Origin: Pseudomonadota bacterium | Lineage (GTDB): Bacteria > Pseudomonadota > Alphaproteobacteria > Paracaedibacterales > CAIOTO01 | Direction of reading: 5' to 3' | DNA length: 64,000 nucleotides | Assembly: GCA_040387495.1 (NCBI GenBank) | Contig: JAZKDQ010000010.1 | Coordinates: forward strand, 1-64,000 | In this document: positions 1 to 10,192 of the stretch, piece by piece | Position numbering within the stretch: position 1 is the stretch's first letter | Layout: each line of letters opens with the position of its first letter | The notes under the pieces: model-generated | Told to the model about the DNA's origin: nothing | The model's database searches: none | What the model saw: the letters and a program-made list of their open reading frames with translations, nothing else | Made by a program: the position numbers and the translations under genes

Positions 1-117
1 TCATTAATGGGTTCATTCATATCTTCTCAACCCTTGTGGCTTATTGCCTTAAATCTAAAAAACCTTCTATCTCGTTTGATTTTTTAATCCCGAATTGAGG
101 TTTTATGGGAAATGAAC

Positions 118-148
118 AAAAAATGGAGCAGAAAAAAATCTGCCCCAC
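118..148 (-). terminator. Probable intrinsic terminator of ald
   Basis: Minus strand reads GTGGGGCAGA-(T-rich loop)-TCTGCTCCA followed by a T run, about 25 nt after the stop. Confidence 0.65.
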
Positions 149-174
149 ACACTTTAATCTATTAAGTTAGTCAA

Positions 175-1329
175 CTACCGTGCTTCAGCGTGACGAATCG
201 CTGGTTCACAGTGCTCATCCAAGAAAGACTCAGCCTTTACATAAGGCATGCCCAAATCATGTGCAACTGCTTCATGTGTAATATGACCCAAACAGACATT
301 CAAACCGTGTAGTAAATGACGATCGTCTGCAAGTGCTTTTTTGTAGCCCTTATCAGCCAATGCAAGTGCAAATGGCAACGTTGCATTGTTAAGCGCGAGC
401 GCTGATGTGCGTGCAACTGCTCCTGGCATGTTTGTCACACAATAATGAATCACATTATCAACAGTATAGTGTGGATCTGCGTGTGTTGTTGGGCGACTTG
501 TTTCAAAACAACCGCCTTGGTCAATCGCAACGTCAACCATAACAGAACCTGGACGCATTTTCTTAACTGTGGCAGCTGTTACTAATTTTGGCGCAGCAGC
601 ACCCACAACAAGAACGGCACCTACAACCAAATCAGCTTCCATTACCAGCTTTTCAATAATCGCAAATGTCGGTACAACTGTTTTTAAGCGCCCTTCAAAG
701 AATGAGTCAAGCTCTTGCAAACGACGTGGGCTTCTGTCAACGATAGTCACATCAGCGCCCATTCCCATAGCCATACGTGCCGCATTTACACCAACAACGC
801 CGCCACCCAAAATGACAACCTTAGATGGAAGAACGCCAGGTACGCCGCCCAATAGAACGCCCATACCGCCTTGGCCTTTTTCAAGCAACCAAGCACCAAC
901 TTGAACCGACATACGACCCGCAACTTCGCTCATGGGAGCAAGCAAAGGCAAGCCGCCACGAGAATCAGTTACCGTTTCATACGCAATCGCGACACATTCA
1001 GATTTAACGAGTGCTTTGGTTTGTTCAGGATCTGGAGCCAAGTGAAGATATGTAAACAAGATTTGTTCTTTGCGAAGCATTGCGCATTCGCTTAGTTGAG
1101 GTTCTTTAACCTTTACGATCATGTCTGCTTTAGCGAACACATCTGCTGCCGTCTTAACAATTTCTGCACCAACGGCAATATAATCTGCATCTGCAAAGCC
1201 AATACCCATACCAGCATTTGTTTCCACAATAACGGTGTGACCATGCCGTGTTAATTCATTAACGGATGATGGCACGAGGCCTACGCGATATTCGTGGTTT
1301 TTAATTTCTTTTGGTACGCCAATAATCAT
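175..1329 (-). CDS. ald: Alanine dehydrogenase
   Basis: MIIGVPKEIKNHEYRVGL start, TYLHLA, LLAPMSEVAGR, GGGVVG dinucleotide fold, DVAIDQGGCFETS, NMPGAV. Confidence 0.97.
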   Translation of the reverse strand: MIIGVPKEIKNHEYRVGLVPSSVNELTRHGHTVIVETNAGMGIGFADADYIAVGAEIVKTAADVFAKADMIVKVKEPQLSECAMLRKEQILFTYLHLAPDPEQTKALVKSECVAIAYETVTDSRGGLPLLAPMSEVAGRMSVQVGAWLLEKGQGGMGVLLGGVPGVLPSKVVILGGGVVGVNAARMAMGMGADVTIVDRSPRRLQELDSFFEGRLKTVVPTFAIIEKLVMEADLVVGAVLVVGAAAPKLVTAATVKKMRPGSVMVDVAIDQGGCFETSRPTTHADPHYTVDNVIHYCVTNMPGAVARTSALALNNATLPFALALADKGYKKALADDRHLLHGLNVCLGHITHEAVAHDLGMPYVKAESFLDEHCEPAIRHAEAR

Positions 1330-1473
1330 TCGGTTATAATTCCTTTTAAATGAGGTTGTACATTTTACAAAAAAGTTGCCCTTAACATATCACTGTCATT
1401 TTCATTTGTCGAATGTCTTGTGAGAAAAGTCAGAGCATTTTCGCTTTATTAAATGTATTTTTAATGCTTATTC

Positions 1474-1489
1474 GTTAACAAAACATTAA
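1474..1489 (-). promoter_or_regulatory. CtrA-type box (TTAA-N7-TTAAC on minus strand) in the divergent ald / glycosyltransferase promoter region
   Basis: GTTAACAAAACATTAA; AT-rich context, so chance occurrence is possible. Confidence 0.35.
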
Positions 1490-1760
1490 TAAATTTGTTG
1501 TTATTTTTAATTAACTTGTAAAAATATCGAATTAGAAATTTTTCGATGGGGGTGATTTTAAAGGATAAAAAAACTTTGGCGCTCATATACTTTGAATTTA
1601 ACGAGCTTTTTATCTGCGATGGTATACATGATCTAACTAATCGCCAATTGAAAAAGATCCACTATAAAGCGTAAGAACATTGTAGGAAACGCGCAAATAC
1701 GATATTCTTTGGTCAACTTAAATGATAATGAGACAATTGGGTTAAACCAAAAGTGATAAA

Positions 1761-2912
1761 ATGACATATACTACAGCATCGCCTATTTTGCAGGTTCTCC
1801 CATCTTTTGATGCGGGCGGCGTTGAGCGTGTGACCTTTGAAACGGTGACAGGATTGACGCAAAATGGTTTTGGTAAGCATCATGTGGCATCGCATGGTGG
1901 GCGTTATGCGGGGCAATTATCCGGTGAAATTGCACATCACACACTTCCACTTAGAACAAAAAATCCACTGACTTTATTGGCTAATGCAAAACATCTTTAT
2001 GATCTTATCAAACGTGAACGTATTCGTGTTGTGCATGCGCGCTCACGGGCTCCAGCTTGGTCAGCTCTGTTAGCATGTCGGTGGGCAAAGATTCCGTTTA
2101 TCACGACATATCACGGTACGTACAATGGATCGGCACCACTAAAATTATATTATAATAGTATTATGGTGCGCGGCGATCGTGTCGTAGCAATTTCACGATT
2201 TATTGCAAATCATATTAAAAAAACGCATCCCACACTTACATCTAAACTTACCTTTATACCTGAGGGGATTGATACCGCGTGCTTTGATCCAGCATTGATA
2301 ACACTTGATCGTGTTGAGGCTGCACGGCAGGCTTTAAGTGTGCCAGCAGGTTCGACTGTGCTGTTGTTGCCTGGACGCTTAACGCGATGGAAAGGACAGG
2401 CGTGGTTTCTTGGTGCTTTGCGGCAACGTTTAGATTGGCTCCGTTCCCGGAACGTTTGCATCGTGATTATAGGGGATGCGCAAGGACGCCTTGATTACCA
2501 CGAAGAATTGATTCAGTTAGCGAATGCTTTAATTGCAGGTGATGTGCCTGTACGATTCAAAGCCGATTGCAAGGACTTGCCAGCCGCATATGCGTTGGCT
2601 GATATTGTTTTTTCATGTTCGATTGAGCCAGAAGCCTTTGGTCGCATTGCAGCCGAAGCATTGTCGATGGGTAGGCCGTTCATTGGAACGAATCATGGTG
2701 GAACAGTCGAGCTGACAGGTGAGGGACGATTTGGATCAATGGTAACCCCTGGTGATGATAATGCCTTGTTAGCGGAAATTGAACGCATATTGAATTGCAG
2801 GGAAGAGGAGTTGGCGGCGCGCGGTGCATTAGCGCGTGCACATATCCAAGAGAATTATTCGTTGAAAGAAATGTTGAGATTGACCCAAAAGTTGTACGAG
2901 TCTGTGTTGTGA
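1761..2912 (+). CDS. Glycosyltransferase family 4
   Basis: GGVER, HARSRAPAW, TTYHG, PGRLTRWKGQ, EAFGRIAAEA (EX7E) motifs. Confidence 0.93.
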   Translation: MTYTTASPILQVLPSFDAGGVERVTFETVTGLTQNGFGKHHVASHGGRYAGQLSGEIAHHTLPLRTKNPLTLLANAKHLYDLIKRERIRVVHARSRAPAWSALLACRWAKIPFITTYHGTYNGSAPLKLYYNSIMVRGDRVVAISRFIANHIKKTHPTLTSKLTFIPEGIDTACFDPALITLDRVEAARQALSVPAGSTVLLLPGRLTRWKGQAWFLGALRQRLDWLRSRNVCIVIIGDAQGRLDYHEELIQLANALIAGDVPVRFKADCKDLPAAYALADIVFSCSIEPEAFGRIAAEALSMGRPFIGTNHGGTVELTGEGRFGSMVTPGDDNALLAEIERILNCREEELAARGALARAHIQENYSLKEMLRLTQKLYESVL

Positions 2913-3820
2913 TGAGAGCTAATCAGTCAACACTCGTTATAAAACTTGGTGCTCTTGGTGATATGGTTCAGGCGCTTCCTATGTTTGATGTGCTCCGCCA
3001 ACGTTTTGGTGATAATTTAACGTTGCTAACGACCGCACCGTTTGCCGAATTTGCAAAGCGGTCAGGGCACTTCAAAGCAATTATATGTGATGACCGAACG
3101 TCTTTAAAAACGAATCTTGGCGTGCTTTGCAGGCTTCGAAAACACTACTTTGCACGTATTATTGATTTACAAAATGTTGACCGCACACGTTTGTATCGAT
3201 TTTTGTTGAAGGGCCGTTTTGGACAATGGATTGCTTCACCACGCAATCAGAAACACACGCATCCATATGAGCAATATACCGACCTCTGTGCTGCACAAAA
3301 ATGGCCGGCTTTGCCACCAATTGATATTCGGATGATGGCCGAACCGTTTGATACGTTGCCACCCAAGCCTTATGTAATGGTAGTAGCAGGTGCATCTAAT
3401 GTGCATGGTGGCCGTAAACGTTGGTCGCAAGAAAACTATGCTGCATTGTGCAGTCAACTGTTAAAAGAAGGAATCACGACAATCCTGGTGGGATCAGTTA
3501 ATGATAATTTGGCTGAGCTTGAATCACTATGCGTGAATACAGGTGTGATTAATCTAATTGGTAAAACAAGCCTTTATCAATTGATAACACTTGGAATGAA
3601 TGCAAATGGAGCAATAGGTAATGATACTGGCCCGCAGTTAATTATTGCTGCATCTGGTTGCCCAACAGTGACTTTGTTTAGTTCAGTGAATCCACCTAGT
3701 AAAGGCGGTGCGTGGCCATGGGATCAGACGCGGTATAAGAATATTTCCGCAGATGATTTGACAGAGCTATCAGTGGATGCTGTGTGGGATGTGTTGCATA
3801 GACACATTCCTTTATCGTAA
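2912..3820 (+). CDS. Glycosyltransferase family 9 (LPS heptosyltransferase-like)
   Basis: IKLGALGD, IDLQ, KRW, GKTSL, GNDTGP motifs; ATG at 2912 overlaps the upstream TGA (TGATG coupling), so the ORF-track start at 2795 is too long. Confidence 0.9.
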   Translation: MRANQSTLVIKLGALGDMVQALPMFDVLRQRFGDNLTLLTTAPFAEFAKRSGHFKAIICDDRTSLKTNLGVLCRLRKHYFARIIDLQNVDRTRLYRFLLKGRFGQWIASPRNQKHTHPYEQYTDLCAAQKWPALPPIDIRMMAEPFDTLPPKPYVMVVAGASNVHGGRKRWSQENYAALCSQLLKEGITTILVGSVNDNLAELESLCVNTGVINLIGKTSLYQLITLGMNANGAIGNDTGPQLIIAASGCPTVTLFSSVNPPSKGGAWPWDQTRYKNISADDLTELSVDAVWDVLHRHIPLS

Positions 3821-3913
3821 AATAATATTTTAACCATTTCTCTATACATGTGGTTATCTTTTCTATAGACAGATCAAATTATTTTAAACATAATATCTAT
3901 AATTTTATTAAAT

Positions 3914-4384
3914 TTGAAAATTTTTATTGTGCGTAAAATACACTACTACACTGCTATTTTTTTGATGAGCATGAGTGCTCAGGCTGGAGATATTCTCAAC
4001 GACTTTAATCAATTTAAAAATCTTTTCCTTAGTGATTCGAAGTCGAATGCTCTTCAAAATAAAAATGAATATTGTTGTAATTTGTCAGAATATAAAATAG
4101 ATAAATATAAAGAAAAAATGAATATTCTGGATTCAGAAGAAATAAAAGGCTCTTCTTTTACTTCTAATCAAGGTGCGGCTGATGACCGTGAGTCAATATT
4201 AAGTGCAATTGGCGCGTATCTATCACTTCTAAATAATCCGTCTCATGTGCCTGTGCCCGCTTTTGGTAAACGATCGTGTGTTGAGTGGAGAGATAAATCC
4301 CTTGATTACAAAGTTGCTGTCAAACGATCTTGTGATGAACGAAGAAGTAAATCTTATAAGAAAAATTTGGACTTGGCGAGCTGA
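3914..4384 (+). CDS. Hypothetical secreted protein
   Basis: Signal-peptide-like N-terminus ending SAQA-G; 4 Cys; AT-rich; start uncertain. Confidence 0.55.
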   Translation: MKIFIVRKIHYYTAIFLMSMSAQAGDILNDFNQFKNLFLSDSKSNALQNKNEYCCNLSEYKIDKYKEKMNILDSEEIKGSSFTSNQGAADDRESILSAIGAYLSLLNNPSHVPVPAFGKRSCVEWRDKSLDYKVAVKRSCDERRSKSYKKNLDLAS

Positions 4385-4498
4385 AGGGATATTAAAAAAC
4401 AATTAGTTTTCTGTGTCATTTCTTGGGCTGACAATGCTGGAGTAAAAATTTTTATAATAAATTATGGTCTAATTTTATTTTGAAAGATTAAATTTTTC

Positions 4499-5950
4499 AT
4501 GAATCATCTATCAAAAATGAAGGCGGCTCTTTTGCTTGCCTCACTTTCGCATCATATTTATGCAATGGATACTGGCGAGACAGATCGAATAGAAGATCCT
4601 GGAACACTTTATGCAACAGCTACGTTACTGTTGGAAAATATGAGTCTTAATGAAACCAACGATAGTGATGAAACTACAGAAGAGCTTCCCGTTGCAGAAG
4701 TAGTGGGTGCAAACAATGCATCTTTAGAGGCGGCAGCTAATAAGAATATATCTCTAAAGTGCCCTTCTGCACCGCCAGTTGAGCCCAGTTCATCCTCTGC
4801 TGATGAATCTTCGTCAAAAGGGCAAAGCAGCAGCAACACACCACTAATAACAATAGATGAGCAAACGATGCTTTCTCGCCTGCAGTCTATGGAAACTGGA
4901 GGGAAAACTGTAACCCCACATATGTTTACTAAGGAATTTCTGGATGCAACTAAACATGGATATTCGCACGTTGTTGCATTTTTGCTTAAAGATGAGGTTA
5001 TTGAGTATATAAAAGAAAAAAATCAAAACTACTTTGATTACATCCAGACACCCAAAAAAGATAGAACTTTAAGTTGTGAAGTGGACATTAGAGTTTGTAA
5101 ATTCAATTTCATATCGAATTTGATATGTATTTCACTCTCAATAGCAGCAGAACATGAACACCTTGAAATGGGTAAGACAATCCTCTCATGTTTCGCGGCA
5201 AAAGATCTGGATAGCTTTGATTTTAGGATTAATCCTGACTATAAAACCTATTTCGATAGAGATGAAAATCCATTTCTAAAAGCCCTTAAAAAAGATAATA
5301 ATGATTATATTTTAATGTTATTAGATCACCCCACAGTTGTAAGAAAAATTAACATTCTCGGTCAAAATATTCTTAATTTTATGCTTGTTAAATTTTCAGA
5401 AAAACAAAATGATGAAATTGTATTACGTCTTGTAGGTTTTATTGATGAAAACTATAAGCCCTCTTTGAGAGGTTTTGAGAATGCTTTTCAAATTAATATA
5501 AATCACAGAAATTATGATCTTGTGGCAGCATTTTTAGACCCTGATTTGTTTGTCTATAATTACCCTAAGAATTACGCTAACACAGGTTTTGGTTATAATC
5601 CTGAACTTGACATGACCCTTATTCAAAATGCCGTAAACCTTTTGAAGGAAAGTCAGGCAGCTAAATATATCGCTATAATTAAAAAACATGAAACAGCGTG
5701 CACACAAGAAATAGCTGCACGGGAGCAGCACAAACAGGAACAACGTGCAGAAGAGCAACGACAAAAAGAATATGATGAGCAAAAAAGGATTAGGAAGGAA
5801 AAAGAAGCTGAAGTAAAAGTTCTGAAAGATGCTGAAGCTGATAGAATTTACAAAGAAAAAATGGCGAGGATAAATGCGAAGATTGAGGCTAAGCGGAAAG
5901 ACTTGGAAGCACGCAAAGCAAAAGCTTGGTTTCCTGGCTTGGTATGGTGA
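4499..5950 (+). CDS. Putative secreted protein with degenerate ankyrin-like repeats and C-terminal coiled coil
   Basis: Signal peptide (..HIYA-MD), Ser-rich linker, FLDATKHGYSHVVAFLL, LSIAAEHEHLEMGKTIL, NPFLKALKKDNNDYILMLL; E/K/Q/R-rich tail. Confidence 0.7.
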   Translation: MNHLSKMKAALLLASLSHHIYAMDTGETDRIEDPGTLYATATLLLENMSLNETNDSDETTEELPVAEVVGANNASLEAAANKNISLKCPSAPPVEPSSSSADESSSKGQSSSNTPLITIDEQTMLSRLQSMETGGKTVTPHMFTKEFLDATKHGYSHVVAFLLKDEVIEYIKEKNQNYFDYIQTPKKDRTLSCEVDIRVCKFNFISNLICISLSIAAEHEHLEMGKTILSCFAAKDLDSFDFRINPDYKTYFDRDENPFLKALKKDNNDYILMLLDHPTVVRKINILGQNILNFMLVKFSEKQNDEIVLRLVGFIDENYKPSLRGFENAFQININHRNYDLVAAFLDPDLFVYNYPKNYANTGFGYNPELDMTLIQNAVNLLKESQAAKYIAIIKKHETACTQEIAAREQHKQEQRAEEQRQKEYDEQKRIRKEKEAEVKVLKDAEADRIYKEKMARINAKIEAKRKDLEARKAKAWFPGLVW

Positions 5951-6000
5951 CAAAATTCTTATGCAGGCTAAGTGGACGAGTTTTTCTAGTAGTAATATCT

Positions 6001-6138
6001 CTAGTTTCCCTCGGGCGTGACCCGAAGGGCCATGATATTTAATAAGGTATTATTTAAGTTGATTGATATTTTTTGTGGAAAATCCAAAAATAAGTGCACT
6101 TCCATTGATGGATCCTTCGGTTAAACCGGAGGAAAACT
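6001..6138. repeat. Palindromic element, TTTCC...GGAAA family (full copy)
   Basis: Arms CTAGTTTCCCTCGGGCGTGACCCGAAGGGCCA and TGGATCCTTCGGTTAAACCGGAGGAAAACT around an AT-rich loop; the left arm matches the reverse complement of 40113-40144. Confidence 0.8.
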
Positions 6139-6230
6139 CTAGGCTCTTTGATCTAAGAGAGGTGCACACTGCGTTATGCAGGCTGGATGAGGTGAGTTTT
6201 TGATCCATTTGGCATAAGAGCCATTGTTAT

Positions 6231-7850
6231 TCAGCACCGCAATGAAAACGCAGCTTTCAGCAATTCCTTCGTGTACGCCTCTTTCGGGTGATCAAACAGT
6301 TCATTAACTGCGCCTTCCTCAACAATTTTCCCATGACGCATCACTATAATACGATGACTCATGGCGCGAACAACTTTTAAGTCATGGCTGATGAATAAGT
6401 AGCTAAGCTTATATTTAGCTTGCAACCCACGTAGCAGCTCAATAACTTCTGCTTGAATAGATCGATCAAGTGCGGACGTCGGTTCGTCCAGCACCAATAT
6501 GCGTGGTTTTAAAATCAATGCTCGGGCGATGGCGATGCGTTGACGCTGGCCCCCTGAAAATTCATGCGGATACCGATACCGTACCGCTGGATCAAGGCCG
6601 ACTTCCTTTAGAATATTAGCCACCATCTGGTCACGCTCGATCGGTGTTAGATTTGGCTGATGCACAACCAACCCTTCTGCGATGAGTTGATCAATCGAAA
6701 AACGCGGGTTTAGTGAACTAAATGGGTCTTGAAAAATGATCTGAAAACTTGAACGTAATGGGCGCAAATCCTTCATAACAACGCCGTCGATGCGACGCCC
6801 TTCAAGGGTGATTTCTCCATGACTATTCACAAGGCGAAGCAGCGCATAAGCAAGCGTACTTTTACCCGAACCACTTTCGCCCACAATGCCGACTGTTTCG
6901 CCTTGACGAAGGCTTAAGCTGATATTGTCCACAGCAATGAAATCAGGTTTTTGTTTTAGTTGGAACATGCGCGTTAGCATTGATACAGGTTTGTCAAAGG
7001 ATACCGTTAGGTTATGCGCGGAAAGAACTTCGTGTGCATTGATAGGCATTGCAGCTGGTGCGCCGCTTGGCTCACTCTCAATTAAATGTTTTGTATATGG
7101 GTGCGTTGGGTGTTGAATGATTTGCTTTGTCTCACCTTGTTCAACGACAATGCCATCTTTCATCACGACCATGCGATCAGCCATTTTGCTGACAACACCT
7201 AAATCGTGCGTGATCAGCAGTAACCCCATTTGAAAACGTTCTTGAAGCGACTTAATGAGATCTAAAATTGTGGCCTGCAGCGTCACATCAAGTGCCGTTG
7301 TTGGCTCGTCCGCAATTAAAATGTCTGGTTCGCACGCAAGCGCCATGGCAATCATCACGCGTTGACGTTGTCCGCCAGATAGTTGGTGTGGATAGGCTTC
7401 TAACCGTTCTTCGGCATCTTCGAATCCAACAAGGTGCAGCAAATCAATGACTTTGGGGCGTGCTGTTTTCTTGTTCATCCTAAGATGTAAAATGAGTGGT
7501 TCAGAGATTTGTTGAAAAATAGTATGCAGCGGGTTGAGCGCAGTCATGGGTTCTTGAAAAATCATGCCAATTCGGTGGCCACGATAAGGGATTAGCTCTG
7601 ATTCCGGCAGGTTTAGTAGTTCTTTCCCATCGAGCTTAATTGATCCACGTGGATGAAACGCTGTGGGGTAGGGGAGCAATCCTAGAATGGAGAGCGCCGT
7701 TACTGATTTGCCTGATCCGCTCTCGCCAACGAGTGCGACTGTTTCGCCTTTGTTTAAGGTGAATGATACATCACGTACGACGAGTTTTTCTGGGTTATGC
7801 TTATCAAGGGCATTTTTAAAGCCTACGCACAGGTTATTGATTTGGAGCAT
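6231..7850 (-). CDS. yejF: Fused dual-NBD peptide ABC transporter ATPase (YejF-like)
   Basis: Two GESGSGKS Walker A motifs, YPHQLSGGQRQR and YPHEFSGGQRQR, DEPT. Confidence 0.88.
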   Translation of the reverse strand: MLQINNLCVGFKNALDKHNPEKLVVRDVSFTLNKGETVALVGESGSGKSVTALSILGLLPYPTAFHPRGSIKLDGKELLNLPESELIPYRGHRIGMIFQEPMTALNPLHTIFQQISEPLILHLRMNKKTARPKVIDLLHLVGFEDAEERLEAYPHQLSGGQRQRVMIAMALACEPDILIADEPTTALDVTLQATILDLIKSLQERFQMGLLLITHDLGVVSKMADRMVVMKDGIVVEQGETKQIIQHPTHPYTKHLIESEPSGAPAAMPINAHEVLSAHNLTVSFDKPVSMLTRMFQLKQKPDFIAVDNISLSLRQGETVGIVGESGSGKSTLAYALLRLVNSHGEITLEGRRIDGVVMKDLRPLRSSFQIIFQDPFSSLNPRFSIDQLIAEGLVVHQPNLTPIERDQMVANILKEVGLDPAVRYRYPHEFSGGQRQRIAIARALILKPRILVLDEPTSALDRSIQAEVIELLRGLQAKYKLSYLFISHDLKVVRAMSHRIIVMRHGKIVEEGAVNELFDHPKEAYTKELLKAAFSLRC

Positions 7851-7946
7851 TCACTGCCTATTCGTTAAAGGGATTATGAGATACCAACATATTTTGTGAT
7901 TCTAGCATAAACCCTTTTTAAAGCGAATATAACTTTGGGTTTTCAG

Positions 7947-10013
7947 TTAAAAAATCCTGTAAATTTTTTCAAAATGATCCTTAATAATTGTTTTGGCTGT
8001 ACCCACTTGATAGCCCTTCTTTTCAGGTCTTCTTGCAACACTTAGTCTGGTTGAACCGCTAGAAGAAGCAACTTCAGTGCTTTGGTGGGACCCTCTGGTG
8101 CCTATCTCCCCAGTTTCTTCAACATCAAGTTCTATAACTTTTTCGCGAATACCGTCCAGGATGCTACCAAGTTCACTGCGGCTAAGGTGCTTTAATCCAT
8201 TCAAGTCACTTAGGGTTTTATTCTTTAATCGCACAAGTGCTTCAGCTCGTTTTTTCTGTTTCTTCTCTTGAATTTCTGATTCAAGACTTGTTTCTACTCT
8301 CTTCGCAACTTTTTTCTGTTTAAAATCCAGAAGATCTTTTTTATTAATAGAAATAGTTTTTTTAACTTCAGCTTTCTTTCCTTTTTTGCCACCGGCTCCA
8401 CCTTTGGAGGCAGGTTTAGGAACGGCAATCACTTTGGCGATCCCCTTTTCAGTATAGTAATCGTTGATTTCTTGAATAATTTCAGGATCATGATTCTCTA
8501 AAGCGTCATCTACAAGAAGATCTGTTTCAGCACTGAGCTGTGTCTGTAGCCCTTCTGTGATATGTGCGACTTCAGCGGGGCTTAACGTTGTGTCATAATA
8601 CGTTAATAAACGATTTTCGAATTTAGAGATCAGTTCATTATATACAGGAGAAGCTTCTGGTTCTGCTTGAAGGTAAGTTAAGCAACTAAGGAAGAATGCT
8701 AATTCTTCTTGGGTTTCGCCTGCGTGTTCTTGAATAATTTCGCTAAATGAAACAAGTCCTTTTTGCTTGACAGCCTCAATACCACCGGCAAGGTCAATTA
8801 AGAGTTTTTCATAAGGAGAAATTAGCTCTTCATTGCGAGTATCTACAATATCTTCAAACTTATGAAAAACATATTGGCTTAAAACACAATCATAAAAATA
8901 TTCGGTTTTATTGATTTTATCATCATTTCTTACAAAAAAAAGATTCTTTTGTGAATAAATACTGCCATCTTTATTTAAGATCATTGCTGATTGAACAGAA
9001 TCTGTGGCTCCTTCGAGTTTAGAAGTCAATTCCGTATAATGAAAACCCAGATAATAATGTGAATGATGTGTGTGAATTAAACTGTTACTAACATTAAGAA
9101 AGGGGCTGGAAGAAGCAAGGGTTAATCTCATCTCATCTACCTGACCTTCTTGTCTAATTGGCTTGCTATAATAAAAATAAAATGGTACGGAATCCTTTGA
9201 AATACTCGTATAGTTAATGCTTTTGAAGGACAAAATTGAATCCCAAAGATGATATGGAATAAGGATCTCTCCTTTTTCTTCATCACCTGTTATATTTATT
9301 GTTTCTAAACTGCACCCCATTAAGATTTGAATAACTTGATTATCAAACCATTGGATGCCAGCATGAACTCTTAAGTAGTAAGGCTTGTCTTCAGGTAAAA
9401 GGAAGCTTGTAAATAAATTGTCAATTTTGGGTTGTTCTAGATAAGCTCTGAATAAAAAATAATTAGCAATCTCAGGATCGCTAATTCGTGTTTTTTTTTG
9501 CAAATGACTAAGAATAGACCGAAGAGATTGTAGAAAGCGAAGGCCATCATTATGCACGCATGCACGGCCATCGAGTGACCTGTAAAAATCGTGAGAAGAA
9601 GACTTGTTTGTTAGCATCACATCAATATATTCATGAAAAGTTTGATCTTTAATTAATGGAGCAAAAAAAGTTTTGAAGGCCGAGCGTTCAAGTGGGTCAA
9701 AATCACCTGTTCTTTTATAATCTTCTAAAAAACTAAAGCCAGTTATCATCGTTTCATAAAACTGAACCACCCCTTCACCTTGATTGCTGGGATCATCAAA
9801 AACAGATTGTGTGCTTTTCGGGATGTGAAAATGCGTGCAGATTGTTTCATTGCTGTATTTATGATGTTTGTATAGGGCTACGCTTGTATCACTGTATTCG
9901 TCAGATTTGGCTACGACCATGCTTGCGTTAACCTGAGCTGGCAATGAAATTAATGCTGTACTTAATGTTAATTTTATTAAAAATGTTTTCAGCGTCATTT
10001 GTCTTTGATTCAT
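7947..10013 (-). CDS. Large putative secreted protein with basic patches and a possible C-terminal HicA-like domain
   Basis: Signal peptide (..QVNA-SM); 688-aa open frame; C-terminus TRGSHQ..LSVA..GTAKTIIKD. Confidence 0.75.
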   Translation of the reverse strand: MNQRQMTLKTFLIKLTLSTALISLPAQVNASMVVAKSDEYSDTSVALYKHHKYSNETICTHFHIPKSTQSVFDDPSNQGEGVVQFYETMITGFSFLEDYKRTGDFDPLERSAFKTFFAPLIKDQTFHEYIDVMLTNKSSSHDFYRSLDGRACVHNDGLRFLQSLRSILSHLQKKTRISDPEIANYFLFRAYLEQPKIDNLFTSFLLPEDKPYYLRVHAGIQWFDNQVIQILMGCSLETINITGDEEKGEILIPYHLWDSILSFKSINYTSISKDSVPFYFYYSKPIRQEGQVDEMRLTLASSSPFLNVSNSLIHTHHSHYYLGFHYTELTSKLEGATDSVQSAMILNKDGSIYSQKNLFFVRNDDKINKTEYFYDCVLSQYVFHKFEDIVDTRNEELISPYEKLLIDLAGGIEAVKQKGLVSFSEIIQEHAGETQEELAFFLSCLTYLQAEPEASPVYNELISKFENRLLTYYDTTLSPAEVAHITEGLQTQLSAETDLLVDDALENHDPEIIQEINDYYTEKGIAKVIAVPKPASKGGAGGKKGKKAEVKKTISINKKDLLDFKQKKVAKRVETSLESEIQEKKQKKRAEALVRLKNKTLSDLNGLKHLSRSELGSILDGIREKVIELDVEETGEIGTRGSHQSTEVASSSGSTRLSVARRPEKKGYQVGTAKTIIKDHFEKIYRIF

Positions 10014-10192
10014 TGTTTTTTACTTATTTTAAATTATACTTATATTAATATAGGAATCTAAGAAGAAAATATCAAGTTTATTTTTGAATCTGCAATGCAA
10101 TAAATGCAATCTTTGTAAAGAACTCTCCCAAAGTGATGTCATTGGTACTCATTTGATTGTTTGCAAAAAGAAGGAATTGCTCAATAAGAGCT

